Shown here piece after piece: positions 46,638 to 57,397 of a DNA stretch of 64,000 nucleotides (position 1 is the first letter of the stretch; each line of letters starts with the position of its first letter). The notes under the pieces are model-generated. The model made no database searches. It was not told the origin of the DNA and saw only the letters and a program-made list of their open reading frames with translations. A program made the translations under genes and the position numbers. Source of the stretch: Patescibacteria group bacterium (GTDB lineage Bacteria; Patescibacteriota; Patescibacteriia; UBA10025; JAHIVO01); NCBI GenBank assembly GCA_041650915.1, contig JBAZKE010000001.1, positions 379,284 through 443,283 of the forward strand. The letters are read 5' to 3'.

Positions 46638-47888
46638 ATGGCACTCAATGAACTCGATCGTTTCCTGGCGTATGCCAAAGTTGACACGCAGTCAAGAAAA
46701 GCGGCGCCGGGCGAGGAGGAACAGCACCCGAGTTCGGCCGGCCAGGCAGAACTGGCCAGCATCGTTTTCCAGGAACTCTGCGGAATCGGTGTCCCTGAAC
46801 AGCAGATCACGAGGCTCGGTGACGGTTCGCTGCTCGTGTACTTGCCGCCAACGGAAGGCTGTGAGAACAAGCCGACGGCGGCGTTCGCTGCCCATTTCGA
46901 TACCTATCCCGCGAGTTCCGGCAAGGTCAACCCCATCATACACGATTACGCCGGCGGCGATATCGTGCTGCCCAATGACGGCACCGTGATCCCGGCCGCG
47001 GATCTCGCAGGCTTCGAGGGCAGCCAGATCGTGACAGGTGACGGCACCTCGCTGCTCGGCGGGGACGACAAGGCAGGCGTTGCCGGGCTGATGGAGGCCA
47101 TCAGCCGGATCATCGGCGAGGAACTTCCGCACGGGCCGCTCTATATCTGGTTGTGTGTGGACGAGGAAATCGGGAAGGTCGGCACCGACTTCCTGCCGGA
47201 AGGAGTGCCGGACCAGTGGGATATTTTCCTGACCGTGGACGGCAAGGGAGTCGATACGGTGGATATCGGCTGTTTCAACGGCGCGGAGGCTGTCTTCACC
47301 TTTATCGGCAACGATGCCCATCCCGGCATCGACGGTGACAAGCTGAAGCCGGCGCACTTCGTGGCCGCCCGCTTCGTTTCCACAATCGCCACCTTGCAGT
47401 GCCCGTGGGATCCCGCGGACGCCGAAGACTCGTTCTACTATGCGTTCTTTTTGGGAGAACCGACTCCGGGCAGAGCCGTGGTGCAGTGCGTCCCGCGGTC
47501 GTTCGACCTCAGGGATCTGGATGGCATGGCGAAAGATCTCCGCGGTTTAGCCCAGGAAGCGGCTGATGTGTTCGAGGTCACCCTGGAGGGCGGCGAGCTG
47601 AAGGTGCTCTATGTCAGCACCGAGGAGGCTATCGCAGCCAATCCTGGCCTGATGGAGGTCGTATTTGCCGCGGTCGGGGCGAACGGCTACCCGCTGGTCA
47701 AAGAACGGGTGCGCGCCGGCACGGATGGCGCCATGCTCAACATGAAGTACCCGGACATCCCGGCGCCGAACCTCGGCACCGGCGCTCGCAATCTTCACGG
47801 CGTGCGCGAGTTCCTGGCGGTCAGGGAGTTCGAGACGGTCGTCCCGACGCTCCTGCGGATCATCGCAGGTTTCGCTGAAATGGGGTAA
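46638..47888 (+). CDS. pepT: Peptidase T (M20B tripeptidase)
   Basis: RFLAYAKVDTQS, AHFDT, LLGGDDKAGVA, DEEIG, RAGTDG, NLHG.REF. Confidence 0.85.
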   Translation: MALNELDRFLAYAKVDTQSRKAAPGEEEQHPSSAGQAELASIVFQELCGIGVPEQQITRLGDGSLLVYLPPTEGCENKPTAAFAAHFDTYPASSGKVNPIIHDYAGGDIVLPNDGTVIPAADLAGFEGSQIVTGDGTSLLGGDDKAGVAGLMEAISRIIGEELPHGPLYIWLCVDEEIGKVGTDFLPEGVPDQWDIFLTVDGKGVDTVDIGCFNGAEAVFTFIGNDAHPGIDGDKLKPAHFVAARFVSTIATLQCPWDPADAEDSFYYAFFLGEPTPGRAVVQCVPRSFDLRDLDGMAKDLRGLAQEAADVFEVTLEGGELKVLYVSTEEAIAANPGLMEVVFAAVGANGYPLVKERVRAGTDGAMLNMKYPDIPAPNLGTGARNLHGVREFLAVREFETVVPTLLRIIAGFAEMG

Positions 47889-48082
47889 CCGCAAGCACCT
47901 TATCTCATTGGCATTCGACGGCGGATCGCGCACCAGCGCTTTCCGCCTTTTTTATCATTGACAAAAGCACGGTAATGGATTATACTCCCAAGCACTTTAA
48001 ACAAATCCTTACGCAGGATTTTTATTTTATACATTATTGTATGCACGCAGGACGCAATACCAATTCTGAAAACCAAGCGAAC

Positions 48083-49363
48083 ATGCATTCCCGATCCCGG
48101 GGATTCCACGGCTTGGGGATTGCGCCGCGGATTCTTGAAGCGATTGACCGGCTGAAATTCACCGAGCCGACGCCTATTCAGGAGCGTTCCATCCCTCCGG
48201 CAATTGAGGGCAAAGATTTGATCGGCATTGCGCAGACCGGCACCGGCAAGACGCTCGCGTTCGGCATCCCCATGCTCCAGCGTTTGGCGCAGGTGAAAGG
48301 GTGCGGGCTTGTTTTGCTCCCGACCCGCGAGCTTGCGATCCAGGTCGATGAGGCGTTAACGCAGCTCGGGCGTTCGTTCGGGCTCCGCACCGCCGTTATC
48401 ATCGGCGGCGCTTCCATGCTCGTGCAGCGGCAGCACATACAGAAAAAGCCGCACGTCATCATCGCTACGCCCGGCCGGCTCCTTGACCACCTGGAACAGC
48501 GGACAGTCCGCCTGGACGGGGTGCGCGTACTGGTGCTCGACGAGGCGGATCGGATGCTCGACATGGGGTTTGCGCCCCAGATCAATAAGATCCTGGCCGC
48601 GGTCCCGCAGGATAACCGCCAAACCATGCTTTTTTCCGCGACCATGCCGCAGGCAATCGTGGCGATCGCACGGCGGCACATGAAGCTGCCGATCAGCGTT
48701 GAGATCGCCCGGTCAGGCACCACAGTCGACCAGGTGACGCAGGAAGTTTTTTTTATTGCGAAAGAGGACAAATCCCGGCTGCTGGAGGCGCTGCTGCAGC
48801 AGACGCTCGGGCCGGTGCTGGTATTCACCAGGACGAAGTACGGCGCCAAGCGCCTGGCGAGCCAGGTCCGGGCAATGGGCCATGAAGCGGCGGAAATCCA
48901 TTCGAACCGCAGCCTGGCGCAGCGCCGTGACGCGATGGACGGATTCAAGTCCGGCAAGTACCGGGTGCTCGTCGCTACGGATATTGCAGCCCGGGGCATT
49001 GACGTGACCGGCATTGAGCTCGTCGTGAATTTCGATTTGCCGATGCAGGCGGAAGACTACGTCCACCGCATCGGACGGACCGCACGTGCCGGCAAGGCCG
49101 GGCGGGCCGTGTCATTCGCCATGTTTACGGAACGGCAGGACGTCCGGGGCATTGAGCGCCTCATCCGCACCGCGCTGCCGGTCCGGCAGCTTCCGGCGCT
49201 CCCGCCGGCGCGGCACGTCCCAAAGCTGTCACGCGGCAGCAGGCCGTTTAGCGCAGGGCGGCGCCGAACTGCACCTGCAGCACGGCAGCGGCGGCCGAGC
49301 CCGCAGAACCGGGCTTACGCACGCCGCCCGCGTTCCGGTTTTTCCCGGCACCGATACCGTTAA
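48083..49363 (+). CDS. DEAD-box RNA helicase (RhlE-like)
   Basis: AQTGTGKT, PTRELA, DEAD, SAT, HRIGRTAR, Arg-rich tail; start may be 48041. Confidence 0.95.
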   Translation: MHSRSRGFHGLGIAPRILEAIDRLKFTEPTPIQERSIPPAIEGKDLIGIAQTGTGKTLAFGIPMLQRLAQVKGCGLVLLPTRELAIQVDEALTQLGRSFGLRTAVIIGGASMLVQRQHIQKKPHVIIATPGRLLDHLEQRTVRLDGVRVLVLDEADRMLDMGFAPQINKILAAVPQDNRQTMLFSATMPQAIVAIARRHMKLPISVEIARSGTTVDQVTQEVFFIAKEDKSRLLEALLQQTLGPVLVFTRTKYGAKRLASQVRAMGHEAAEIHSNRSLAQRRDAMDGFKSGKYRVLVATDIAARGIDVTGIELVVNFDLPMQAEDYVHRIGRTARAGKAGRAVSFAMFTERQDVRGIERLIRTALPVRQLPALPPARHVPKLSRGSRPFSAGRRRTAPAARQRRPSPQNRAYARRPRSGFSRHRYR

Positions 49364-49421
49364 GTTTCCGCCGTAGCAGGCAGTGTTGCTGCTGGATTTT
49401 TAGCTATATCGCTTTTGCGCT

Positions 49422-51206
49422 ATGGAAATAAGAAACATCGCCATCATAGCCCACGTGGATCATGGGAAAACGCTTTTGACGGATGCCATTATGCGGCAGA
49501 CCGGCATGGTTACCGATGACAGCGTGAGTATGGATTCAAACGCCCTTGAGCAGGAGCGCGGCATTACGATTTATTCGAAAAATACGTCCGTGTTTTATAA
49601 GGGCACGAAAATCAATATCGTGGACACGCCCGGGCACGCGGACTTCGGCTCGGAAGTGGAGCGGGTGCTCCGGTCGATCGACAGTGTGCTTTTGGTCGTG
49701 GATGCGCAGGAAGGCCCGATGCCGCAAACCAAGTTCGTGCTGAAAAAATCATTGGAACTCGGGCACCATCCGATTGTCGTCATCAACAAGATCGACAAAA
49801 AAGCGGCGCGGCCCGAATGGGCGCACGAAAAGGTGCTGGAATTGTTCATGGATCTCAATGCCACCGACGAGCAGCTTAATTTTACGACCGTGTACGCGGT
49901 TGCCAAGCACGGAATCGCGAAGCTCCAGCTCGAAGACCAATCGGATAACCTGACGCCGCTCTTGGACACGATACTCGCGAAAGTGCACCCGGCCGACGGG
50001 GATGCGGCGCGGCCGTTCCAGTTCCAGCCGTTCAATCTGGCATATGACAACTATTTGGGGCGCTTGGGCATCGGCAGGGTGTACGAGGGCACGGTGAAAA
50101 CCGGCGATGCCGTTTTCGTGAAAAAATCCAGCGGTGAAACGGCAAGCCATACCGTGAGCCGTTTGTTCACGTTCAAGGGCGTGGTGCGGGAGGAGGTGCA
50201 GGAAGCGAGTGCTGGTGACATAGCCATGATCGCGGGGCTGCCTGACGTGTACATCGGCGATACGGTATGCGCGGATAAGAACCAGCCGCTCCTGCCGGCT
50301 ATCAAGATCGACGAGCCGACGATTTCATTGAATTTTTTGGTGAACAATTCCCCGTTTGCAGGCAAAGACGGCAAGTACGTCACGAGCCGCCAGATCAAGG
50401 AACGCTTGCACAAGGAGCTCGAGGTCAATGTCGGGCTGAAAGTGGATTTTTCATCGAGCAAGTTTTACAAAGTGTATGGACGGGGCGAACTGCATATCGC
50501 TATCTTGCTTGAGAACATGCGGCGCGACGGTTTTGAACTGCAGGTATCCCAGCCGCACGCGATTATAAAAGAGATCAATGGGGTGAAGCACGAGCCGTTC
50601 GAAGAGGTGACGATCGACATTAAAGAGGCGTATACCGGCACGACTATCGAGAAGATGGCGCGGCGCAAAGGCCGCCTCATGGAGATGCGGCCGGAGCAGG
50701 CGCACTCCCGGCTCGTGTACGAGATTCCGACGCGCGGGCTATTGGGGTACCGCAGCGAATTCATCGTGGACACGCGCGGCGAGGGGATCCTGTGTTCACG
50801 CTTCATAGGATTCCGGCCGTATGCCGGGGACATCGACCAGCGCACCGAGGGATCCATGGTATCGGGTGAAACCGGCAAGGTATTGTCGTATTCGCTCGCG
50901 AACCTGCAGACGCGGGGGACGCTGTACGTCGAGCCGAACGTGGAAGTGTACGAGGGGCAGGTTATCGGCAGTACCGCAAAAGGCAAGGACATGACGGTCA
51001 ACCCGATCAAGGGAAAGCATTTGACGAACATGCGCGCCTCGAATGCGGACCTGGCTATCCAGCTCACGCCGGCGATGCCGGTCACCCTTGAGCGCGGGCT
51101 GGAGCTTGTTGCCGAGGACGAGTATTTGGAAATTACGCCCCGGAGCGTCCGGTTGCGCAAGCAGTTTTTGACGCAGATCGACCGCGTGCGCGCGCGGCGG
51201 GAGTAG
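49422..51206 (+). CDS. typA: Translational GTPase TypA/BipA
   Basis: IAHVDHGKT, DTPGHADFGSEVER, NKID, GRGELH, KHLTNMRAS. Confidence 0.96.
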   Translation: MEIRNIAIIAHVDHGKTLLTDAIMRQTGMVTDDSVSMDSNALEQERGITIYSKNTSVFYKGTKINIVDTPGHADFGSEVERVLRSIDSVLLVVDAQEGPMPQTKFVLKKSLELGHHPIVVINKIDKKAARPEWAHEKVLELFMDLNATDEQLNFTTVYAVAKHGIAKLQLEDQSDNLTPLLDTILAKVHPADGDAARPFQFQPFNLAYDNYLGRLGIGRVYEGTVKTGDAVFVKKSSGETASHTVSRLFTFKGVVREEVQEASAGDIAMIAGLPDVYIGDTVCADKNQPLLPAIKIDEPTISLNFLVNNSPFAGKDGKYVTSRQIKERLHKELEVNVGLKVDFSSSKFYKVYGRGELHIAILLENMRRDGFELQVSQPHAIIKEINGVKHEPFEEVTIDIKEAYTGTTIEKMARRKGRLMEMRPEQAHSRLVYEIPTRGLLGYRSEFIVDTRGEGILCSRFIGFRPYAGDIDQRTEGSMVSGETGKVLSYSLANLQTRGTLYVEPNVEVYEGQVIGSTAKGKDMTVNPIKGKHLTNMRASNADLAIQLTPAMPVTLERGLELVAEDEYLEITPRSVRLRKQFLTQIDRVRARRE

Positions 51207-51254
51207 CACATTGTAAGGCAGCGGTTTGGCCGCAGCTGTGCGCATAGGAACTCG

Positions 51255-51517
51255 TTGACTCTGGCATACGCATGTATTATATTGTACGTGTACCACACTG
51301 GTGGTATGCGTAGTTTAATCATGAGATGATTCTGAAAGGAGACTCTTCATGAAAAAACTCCCGATTCTGGCCTGCCAGTATCCTGGCGAGGGTGGCTAGC
51401 AATGGAGAAAAAGTTGCTTGAGCCAACCGGCGGCGGTTAATGTCGGCAGGTCCCTGATGAACGGCGTGCAGCGCTCCAACAGTACGGTTTTCCCGGAGCA
51501 GCCCACGCCGTTTTTTT
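51255..51517 (+). other. Small transcription unit containing only micro-ORFs
   Basis: TTGACT-17-TATATT promoter; AAAGGAG SD; ORFs 51349-51399 and 51402-51440; terminator AACGGCGTG/CACGCCGTT plus T-run. Confidence 0.45.
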
Positions 51518-51577
51518 ATGGTACATAGCACAGACGTTCTATTTTTGCTATACTATTTTTATTAAATAGCAATACAC

Positions 51578-52075
51578 ATGGCTTTCAGAACAGGACTGCG
51601 GATCGCCCTGAAATCCGCCGCCAGCTTTCCGAGCATGGCGGTACGGTGCCTGCGCCTCCGCAGGGGCAGGATCGGCAGGATGTACGATATCAAAAATGCG
51701 AGTGCGTACTCGGTGTTCCGCGAAACGGCCAATAAAAATCCGCTCGACGGGCAGCCGACAGTGCTCGTCGTCGGCTTCAGGCTGAAGCTTGCCGGGCAGA
51801 TGAGCCTTCTCCACTGGCTGTTCCAGCGGGTGTGCATTGTTACGACTCCCTTCTGGAGCGGGCTGCCCGGATTCGGCGTCAAGCTGTGGATGGTGGATCC
51901 GGCGGGCAAGAAGTACCTCGGCGTCTACGAGTGGCACGGCACTGAACGTGCGCAGGCGTACGTGCGCTTCCTGCTGCCGGTTCTGAATTTTTTTTCTGTC
52001 CACGGCTCAGTGTGGCACCGCATGCACGAGAATACCCGGCTCGAGGCATACCTGCAGCAGGGCAGCCGCCAGTAA
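51578..52075 (+). CDS. Hypothetical protein, possibly YdhR-like dimeric alpha/beta barrel
   Basis: GLPGFGVKLW..YLGVYEW..AQAY pattern. Confidence 0.55.
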   Translation: MAFRTGLRIALKSAASFPSMAVRCLRLRRGRIGRMYDIKNASAYSVFRETANKNPLDGQPTVLVVGFRLKLAGQMSLLHWLFQRVCIVTTPFWSGLPGFGVKLWMVDPAGKKYLGVYEWHGTERAQAYVRFLLPVLNFFSVHGSVWHRMHENTRLEAYLQQGSRQ

Positions 52076-52179
52076 CCGGCAAGGCCGCCGTACGGGACGC
52101 GGAGCCTGGCTCCATTGCACGCCGTCCGCAACGGGCGTACAATGATCGTGTACGAATAACTGAGTAATTATATAAAATT

Positions 52180-54762
52180 ATGGAAGCTGTACGAAGGAAC
52201 CATCCGCGATCCGTACGGGGTGGCGGTATTTTATTTGCAGTAGGGCTCGTGGCACTCGGCTTTTGTGCCGCCGGGATTGTCGCACCGGGCGAAGCGGACG
52301 CACAGAGCATCAGCTGGACGCCAAATAGTGCCGCTGGATTTGATGATGCGGCGAACGTTTACACCTATTCGCTCGTCGAGTATGGGGGCAGCCTGTACAC
52401 CGGTGCGAGCAACTTCGTGACCGGTGCTGAAATTTGGCGCTACGACGGCACGGACTGGGCACAGGTGAACGACGACGGATTCGGAAATGCAGAAAATGTT
52501 GAGGCAACAAGCCTTGCGGTGTTCGGCGGGATGCTTTATGCCGGAACGTCAAACCTCACGACCGGTATTGAAATTTGGCGCTACGACGGCACGGACTGGG
52601 CACAGGTGAACGACGACGGATTCGGGGATGCCAACAACAACATGGCATACGATCTCTTCGAGTTCGATGGCAAACTGTACACCGGAGCCACCAACTACGC
52701 GACCGGCGTTGAAATGTGGGCGTATGACGGCACGGACTGGGCACAGGTGAACGACGACGGATTCGGGGACGCAGGCAATCTTTACGGGCTGGCCATGCTC
52801 GAATACGCAGGGAGCTTGTACATCGGTACGCTCAGGGAAATTGATAACGCGGGTGCCGAGCTCTGGGCGTACGATGGCACCATCTGGGCGCAGGTCGGTA
52901 CGGGGGGCTTCGGCAATGTGAATAATATCGGCTTCATGGATCTCGCGTCGTTCGACGGTGCGCTCTTTATCAGCGCCCAGAATCCAATCGAGGGAGGAGA
53001 GGTGTGGCAGTACGACGGCACGGATTTTGAGCAGGTGAGCTCCGGTGGCTTCGATGACGCGAATAATGCCAGCGTATTTTCCTTGGAAGTATACAACCAT
53101 ACCCTGTATGGAGGCACGACAAATTACGCAACCGGAACAGAACTATGGTCGTATGACGGATCCCAGTGGGAGCAGGTGAACGAGGACGGTTTTGGCCAAG
53201 CAGACAATTTTAGCGCTCCGCTGCTGACCGCCATCGGCGGCGTACTGTACGCGGGCACGGCAACGGGTGACATCGGCACCGAGATCTGGCAGGGCGAGCT
53301 GCCCGATGGCAATGGGCCCTCGGTCAGCGAACAAGTGCCGGCCAGCGGTGACAGCGGCGTCGCCGTTGATTCTACGATATCTTTTTTCCTTGATGATGCG
53401 GTATACGACGTCGATAGCACGACGCTTGACGTATCCGTTGCAGGGCAGGGTGGGATCGTTGGCGGTGAGTTTGCGGATGGCTTTTCCGGCTCGATTGCTG
53501 AGAGCGGCGTCGGCAGCTTCGACGTAACGATCGATTCCGATCATGAGTTCGCATACGGCAGCACGGTCGAGGTGGCAGTGACGGTGAGTGACGCACGGGG
53601 AAATGAGAGTACAGCCGCGTGGTCGTTCCGTGCCACGGCTGACCGCCCGTCCCTCGGGATCGTCATGTCTCCTGCGTCATCAGGCGGCCCGAACATCCGG
53701 GTCGTCGACGAGCAGGGCGCCCAGATTTCATCATTTTTCGCGTATGACCAGTCTCTCCGCATGGGGCTCGAAGTGGCGCAGGCGGATATCGACGGCGACG
53801 GCACGAATGAGATTATCGTCACTCCCGGCAGCGGAGTCGAGTCGCGGATCAAGGCGTTCGAACTTGACGGCACGGAGATCGCCTCCGCGCTCGCTTTTAA
53901 TGAGGGATTCACGGGCGGCGTGACCGTAGCGGTCGGCGATTTCGACGGTGACCTCCGCGAGGAAATCGCGGTCGCGCCGATATCCGGCGGAGGCCCGAAC
54001 ATCCGGATCTACTCGCTCAATGACGAAGGGGACGGGCTCGAGCTCGTTGACTGGTTTTTCGCGTACGATACCGCGTTCCGTGGGGGCGTCAACCTCGTAG
54101 CCGGTGACACCGATGGTGATACGGTCGATGAGATTATTACCGCACCGCGGAGCCAGGGCGGCCCCGACGTGCGCGTGTTCTCGTACAACGCGGCGTCAGG
54201 TGCATTTGAGCTCACGGCGAACGTCATGGCATACCAGTCGGCATACCACGGCGGCGTGCAGCTCGCGGCAGGCGATATCGACGGCGACGGGGCGGATGAC
54301 GTCGTTGTCTCGCCGTACCTCAACGGCGGCCCGAACATCCGCGTGTACACGATAAACGTGAGTGGTGACCTCGAGCTTCTCACCTGGGCTATGGCATACG
54401 ATGCAACGTACCGCGGCACGCTCTCCATGTCGGTCGGCGATATCGACGGCGACGGCACAGGCGAGGTCGTACTCGCGCCGAAAACACTCGGCGGCCCGAA
54501 CATACGCATCTTCCAGTATGAAAATTCGTCGCTGGCCCTCATGGACTGGTTCATGGCGTACCAGGACAACTTCCGCGGCGGCGTGAATCTGTTCGTCGCT
54601 GACGTAGACGGGGACGGCTTCGATGAGGTGATAGCCTCGCCGGCTTCGCAGGGCGGCCCAAACGTGCGCGTGTACAGCATGGATTCCAGCACGAGGGTTT
54701 TGGATTCCTGGTTTTGGGCGTTTCCTGAGGGTTTCCGCGGCGGCGTTAATTTTGGCAAGTAA
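52180..54762 (+). CDS. Secreted protein: 47-aa propeller repeats, Ig-like domain, FG-GAP/VCBS repeats
   Basis: Repeated EIWRYDGTDWAQVNDDGFG with a 141-bp period; GDIDGDG..E and GGPNIR..FAY..FRGGV repeats. Confidence 0.85.
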   Translation: MEAVRRNHPRSVRGGGILFAVGLVALGFCAAGIVAPGEADAQSISWTPNSAAGFDDAANVYTYSLVEYGGSLYTGASNFVTGAEIWRYDGTDWAQVNDDGFGNAENVEATSLAVFGGMLYAGTSNLTTGIEIWRYDGTDWAQVNDDGFGDANNNMAYDLFEFDGKLYTGATNYATGVEMWAYDGTDWAQVNDDGFGDAGNLYGLAMLEYAGSLYIGTLREIDNAGAELWAYDGTIWAQVGTGGFGNVNNIGFMDLASFDGALFISAQNPIEGGEVWQYDGTDFEQVSSGGFDDANNASVFSLEVYNHTLYGGTTNYATGTELWSYDGSQWEQVNEDGFGQADNFSAPLLTAIGGVLYAGTATGDIGTEIWQGELPDGNGPSVSEQVPASGDSGVAVDSTISFFLDDAVYDVDSTTLDVSVAGQGGIVGGEFADGFSGSIAESGVGSFDVTIDSDHEFAYGSTVEVAVTVSDARGNESTAAWSFRATADRPSLGIVMSPASSGGPNIRVVDEQGAQISSFFAYDQSLRMGLEVAQADIDGDGTNEIIVTPGSGVESRIKAFELDGTEIASALAFNEGFTGGVTVAVGDFDGDLREEIAVAPISGGGPNIRIYSLNDEGDGLELVDWFFAYDTAFRGGVNLVAGDTDGDTVDEIITAPRSQGGPDVRVFSYNAASGAFELTANVMAYQSAYHGGVQLAAGDIDGDGADDVVVSPYLNGGPNIRVYTINVSGDLELLTWAMAYDATYRGTLSMSVGDIDGDGTGEVVLAPKTLGGPNIRIFQYENSSLALMDWFMAYQDNFRGGVNLFVADVDGDGFDEVIASPASQGGPNVRVYSMDSSTRVLDSWFWAFPEGFRGGVNFGK

Positions 54763-54955
54763 GTGCAGCGCCTGCCGGCTCCTGTTACGATAAAAATAAT
54801 TTACGGCGCGCAGCCGCTCCCAGCCGGGCGGCTGCTGCTTGTAGGTTGATTTTTTGTTTCTGCGGGGGTAGGATGAAAATGCTGCAGCACGTTTATTGGT
54901 GGCCGCATGGTAACCGAGAAACGAGAATCCCGCAATATTTTTTCATATTTACTTC

Positions 54956-56194
54956 ATGAAGTACGACCTGATCGTTATCGGCGGAGGCCCTTCCGGAATG
55001 ATGGCTGCGGGACGCGCGGCAGAGAATGGCGCGAGCGTTTTATTGCTGGAGAAGCGGGAAAAGCTGGGCATCAAGCTCTCGATCACCGGCAAAGGCAGGT
55101 GCAACATTACCAATGCAGAGTTCGATCGAAGGAAGCTCGTCGGCGCCTACGGGAAAAAGGGCAGGTTTTTATTTTCCGCTCTCGCCGCCTTCGGGCCGCG
55201 GGAGGCAATTGATTTTTTTGAGGCGAGGGGGATCAAGACCAAGACAGAGAGGGGCAACAGGGTTTTTCCGGCAAGCGATGAATCCGCAGACGTTATCAGC
55301 GCGCTGCTGCGGTATCTGCATGAGCACCGGGTCGAGATCAGAACCAATGCGGCGGTGAAGTCTATCGGTTTCAAGGGCAACGGGATCGAGAAGGTAACGC
55401 TTACCGGCGGGGAGGAGTATCGCGCCGGACACTATGCCCTGTGCTCCGGTGGTCTTGCGTATCCGCAGACCGGCTCGACCGGCGATGCGTACGCGTGGCT
55501 GCGGGAGATGGGCCACACGGTTGTTGCGCCGCAACCCGCGCTCGTGCCGGTCATTACCCAGGAGCGGTTCGTGAAGGAGCTCGAGGGTTTGAGCCTCAAA
55601 AACGTCAGCGTGGGCGTTTTTCAGAACGGCAAGAAGGCGGCGTCGGAGTTCGGAGAGGCGCTCTTCACCTCCCACGGCTTGAGCGGGCCGATCGTCATTG
55701 ACATGAGTAAAGCAATCGGTGAATGCCTAAAAAAGGGGGGCACGGAGCTGCGCATTGATTTCAAGCCAGCGCTCGGGTTTCCCGAACTCGATAAGCGGAT
55801 ACGGAAAGATTTTACGGAATTCCACAACAAGCAGTACAAGAACAGCCTGCACCGTTTGCTTCCAAAGAAGTTGATTCCCGTCATCATACGGCTCTCGGGC
55901 ATTGACCCTGAAAAAAAAGTAAATGAAATTACGAAAGAGCAGAGAATGGCACTGATTCACCTGCTTAAGGAGTTTTCGCTGGCCGTTAAATCATTGGAGG
56001 GATTTGACCGGGCTATCGTGACGGCAGGCGGTGTTGACCTGCAAGAGATTGATCCGAAGACTATGCGCTCGAAAATTATCGAAAATTTATTTATCGCCGG
56101 GGAGCTCCTCGATATCGACGGCCCGACGGGCGGGTACAATCTGCAGATGGCCTGGAGCACCGGGTATTGCATTGGGCAGCATTGTGGGAAATAG
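54956..56194 (+). CDS. HI0933/YhiN (BaiN-like) flavoprotein
   Basis: GGGPSG, ITGKGRCNITN, GSTGD, FTSHGLSGP, VTAGGV, GPTGGYNLQ.AWSTG. Confidence 0.93.
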   Translation: MKYDLIVIGGGPSGMMAAGRAAENGASVLLLEKREKLGIKLSITGKGRCNITNAEFDRRKLVGAYGKKGRFLFSALAAFGPREAIDFFEARGIKTKTERGNRVFPASDESADVISALLRYLHEHRVEIRTNAAVKSIGFKGNGIEKVTLTGGEEYRAGHYALCSGGLAYPQTGSTGDAYAWLREMGHTVVAPQPALVPVITQERFVKELEGLSLKNVSVGVFQNGKKAASEFGEALFTSHGLSGPIVIDMSKAIGECLKKGGTELRIDFKPALGFPELDKRIRKDFTEFHNKQYKNSLHRLLPKKLIPVIIRLSGIDPEKKVNEITKEQRMALIHLLKEFSLAVKSLEGFDRAIVTAGGVDLQEIDPKTMRSKIIENLFIAGELLDIDGPTGGYNLQMAWSTGYCIGQHCGK

Positions 56195-56494
56195 AAAGAA
56201 TGTACCGGGTGCATAGAGGCAACAGCGCCGGCGCAACCCAAAAAAATGGCGCGTATTTTTACGCTTGTGATGATGGCGCTCCTTGCCGTGCCTGTTAAGC
56301 CCGTCGCCCTGGCTGAAAACTTGCCCTTGGCATTCATCAACTTCTTCTCGTTACCTCGGGCATGTATACGTTGTTTGTTGGTCGGTACTTTTTTATTCGC
56401 TTTATCCGGCAACCGCAGCACAAAAAACTTTTCTGCCAACGAGTGGCAGGTTGCTGTTGTTGTTAGTTCCTATCTGAAATTGCTGCGGTTAGTA

Positions 56495-57397
56495 TCAGTC
56501 GGGATTTTTGGGCATCTGATTTTTTATGCCGTGCTGCGTGCTATTGGCATGCAGGTCTGTTTTCGGTGCGTGGATCTCGCGGATCGCGTTGAAGAGATCG
56601 GCAAAAAGTTCCTGTTCTTTTCCTTTTGGATTCTGGATGGTGTATTCCCAGTTGCCATGCTTAATTTGGTACAGGGCGTGGCTGAGCATTTTGTACGGGG
56701 CGCTGATTTTACGGGCAACCAAGTATGTAGCGATCAGCAGGATAAGGATAGCGGCACCGACGAATTGGGCAATCGTCGTGAGCATTTCACGCTCTTCCGA
56801 ATTGATAGTTGCTGCTGCGAAATCAACGCCAACTACCGCGACCGTTTTTCCGCTGCTGTCTTTGAGCGGTGCATAGCCCGAAAGCCAGCTGCCCCATTTA
56901 TCGTACGTTATCTGCGGGTCGACTGAGGGCTTTGTGAGCCCCTCTTCCAGTTCTGGGACATCGGTGGTATCATATTCCTCGCCGAGCATTGCTTTTTGTT
57001 CCGTTTCGTCGATATAGCCGTCATTGTCTGCGTCCTTGGTTTCTTTTCCGCTTATCACAAATGTCATCAGGTGGGCGGTATCAGTCGGCCGTAATGTGTA
57101 GATGTCGTCAATTTTTGCATTACCCGCCATGACCGACTGGAGGTATAGTTCGAGAATCCGGTATGAATCGCTATCCTGGTCAGCGGGCTCGAGTAGTTTT
57201 TCGTGGGTTTCCGCTGGTATCAGAGCTGCTGTTTTCGTCGCGATCGCGGCCAATTCATCCTGCGCTTCGCGCATGACTTGGCGAGTAAAAATGATGTATA
57301 CGACGATTCCGATCATGAGCACGGATGCGATAGTGGTAAACGCCAGCAAAAGGAACACCCGCCTTCGGAATGGGTTTAATTCGGCAAGATGGTGCAT
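56495..57397 (-). CDS. Membrane sensor module (TM-Cache-like-TM-HAMP) without output domain
   Basis: Two TMs flanking DIYT..YDKWGSWLSGYAPLKD..VVGVD; short HAMP-like tail. Confidence 0.7.
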   Translation of the reverse strand: MHHLAELNPFRRRVFLLLAFTTIASVLMIGIVVYIIFTRQVMREAQDELAAIATKTAALIPAETHEKLLEPADQDSDSYRILELYLQSVMAGNAKIDDIYTLRPTDTAHLMTFVISGKETKDADNDGYIDETEQKAMLGEEYDTTDVPELEEGLTKPSVDPQITYDKWGSWLSGYAPLKDSSGKTVAVVGVDFAAATINSEEREMLTTIAQFVGAAILILLIATYLVARKISAPYKMLSHALYQIKHGNWEYTIQNPKGKEQELFADLFNAIREIHAPKTDLHANSTQHGIKNQMPKNPD

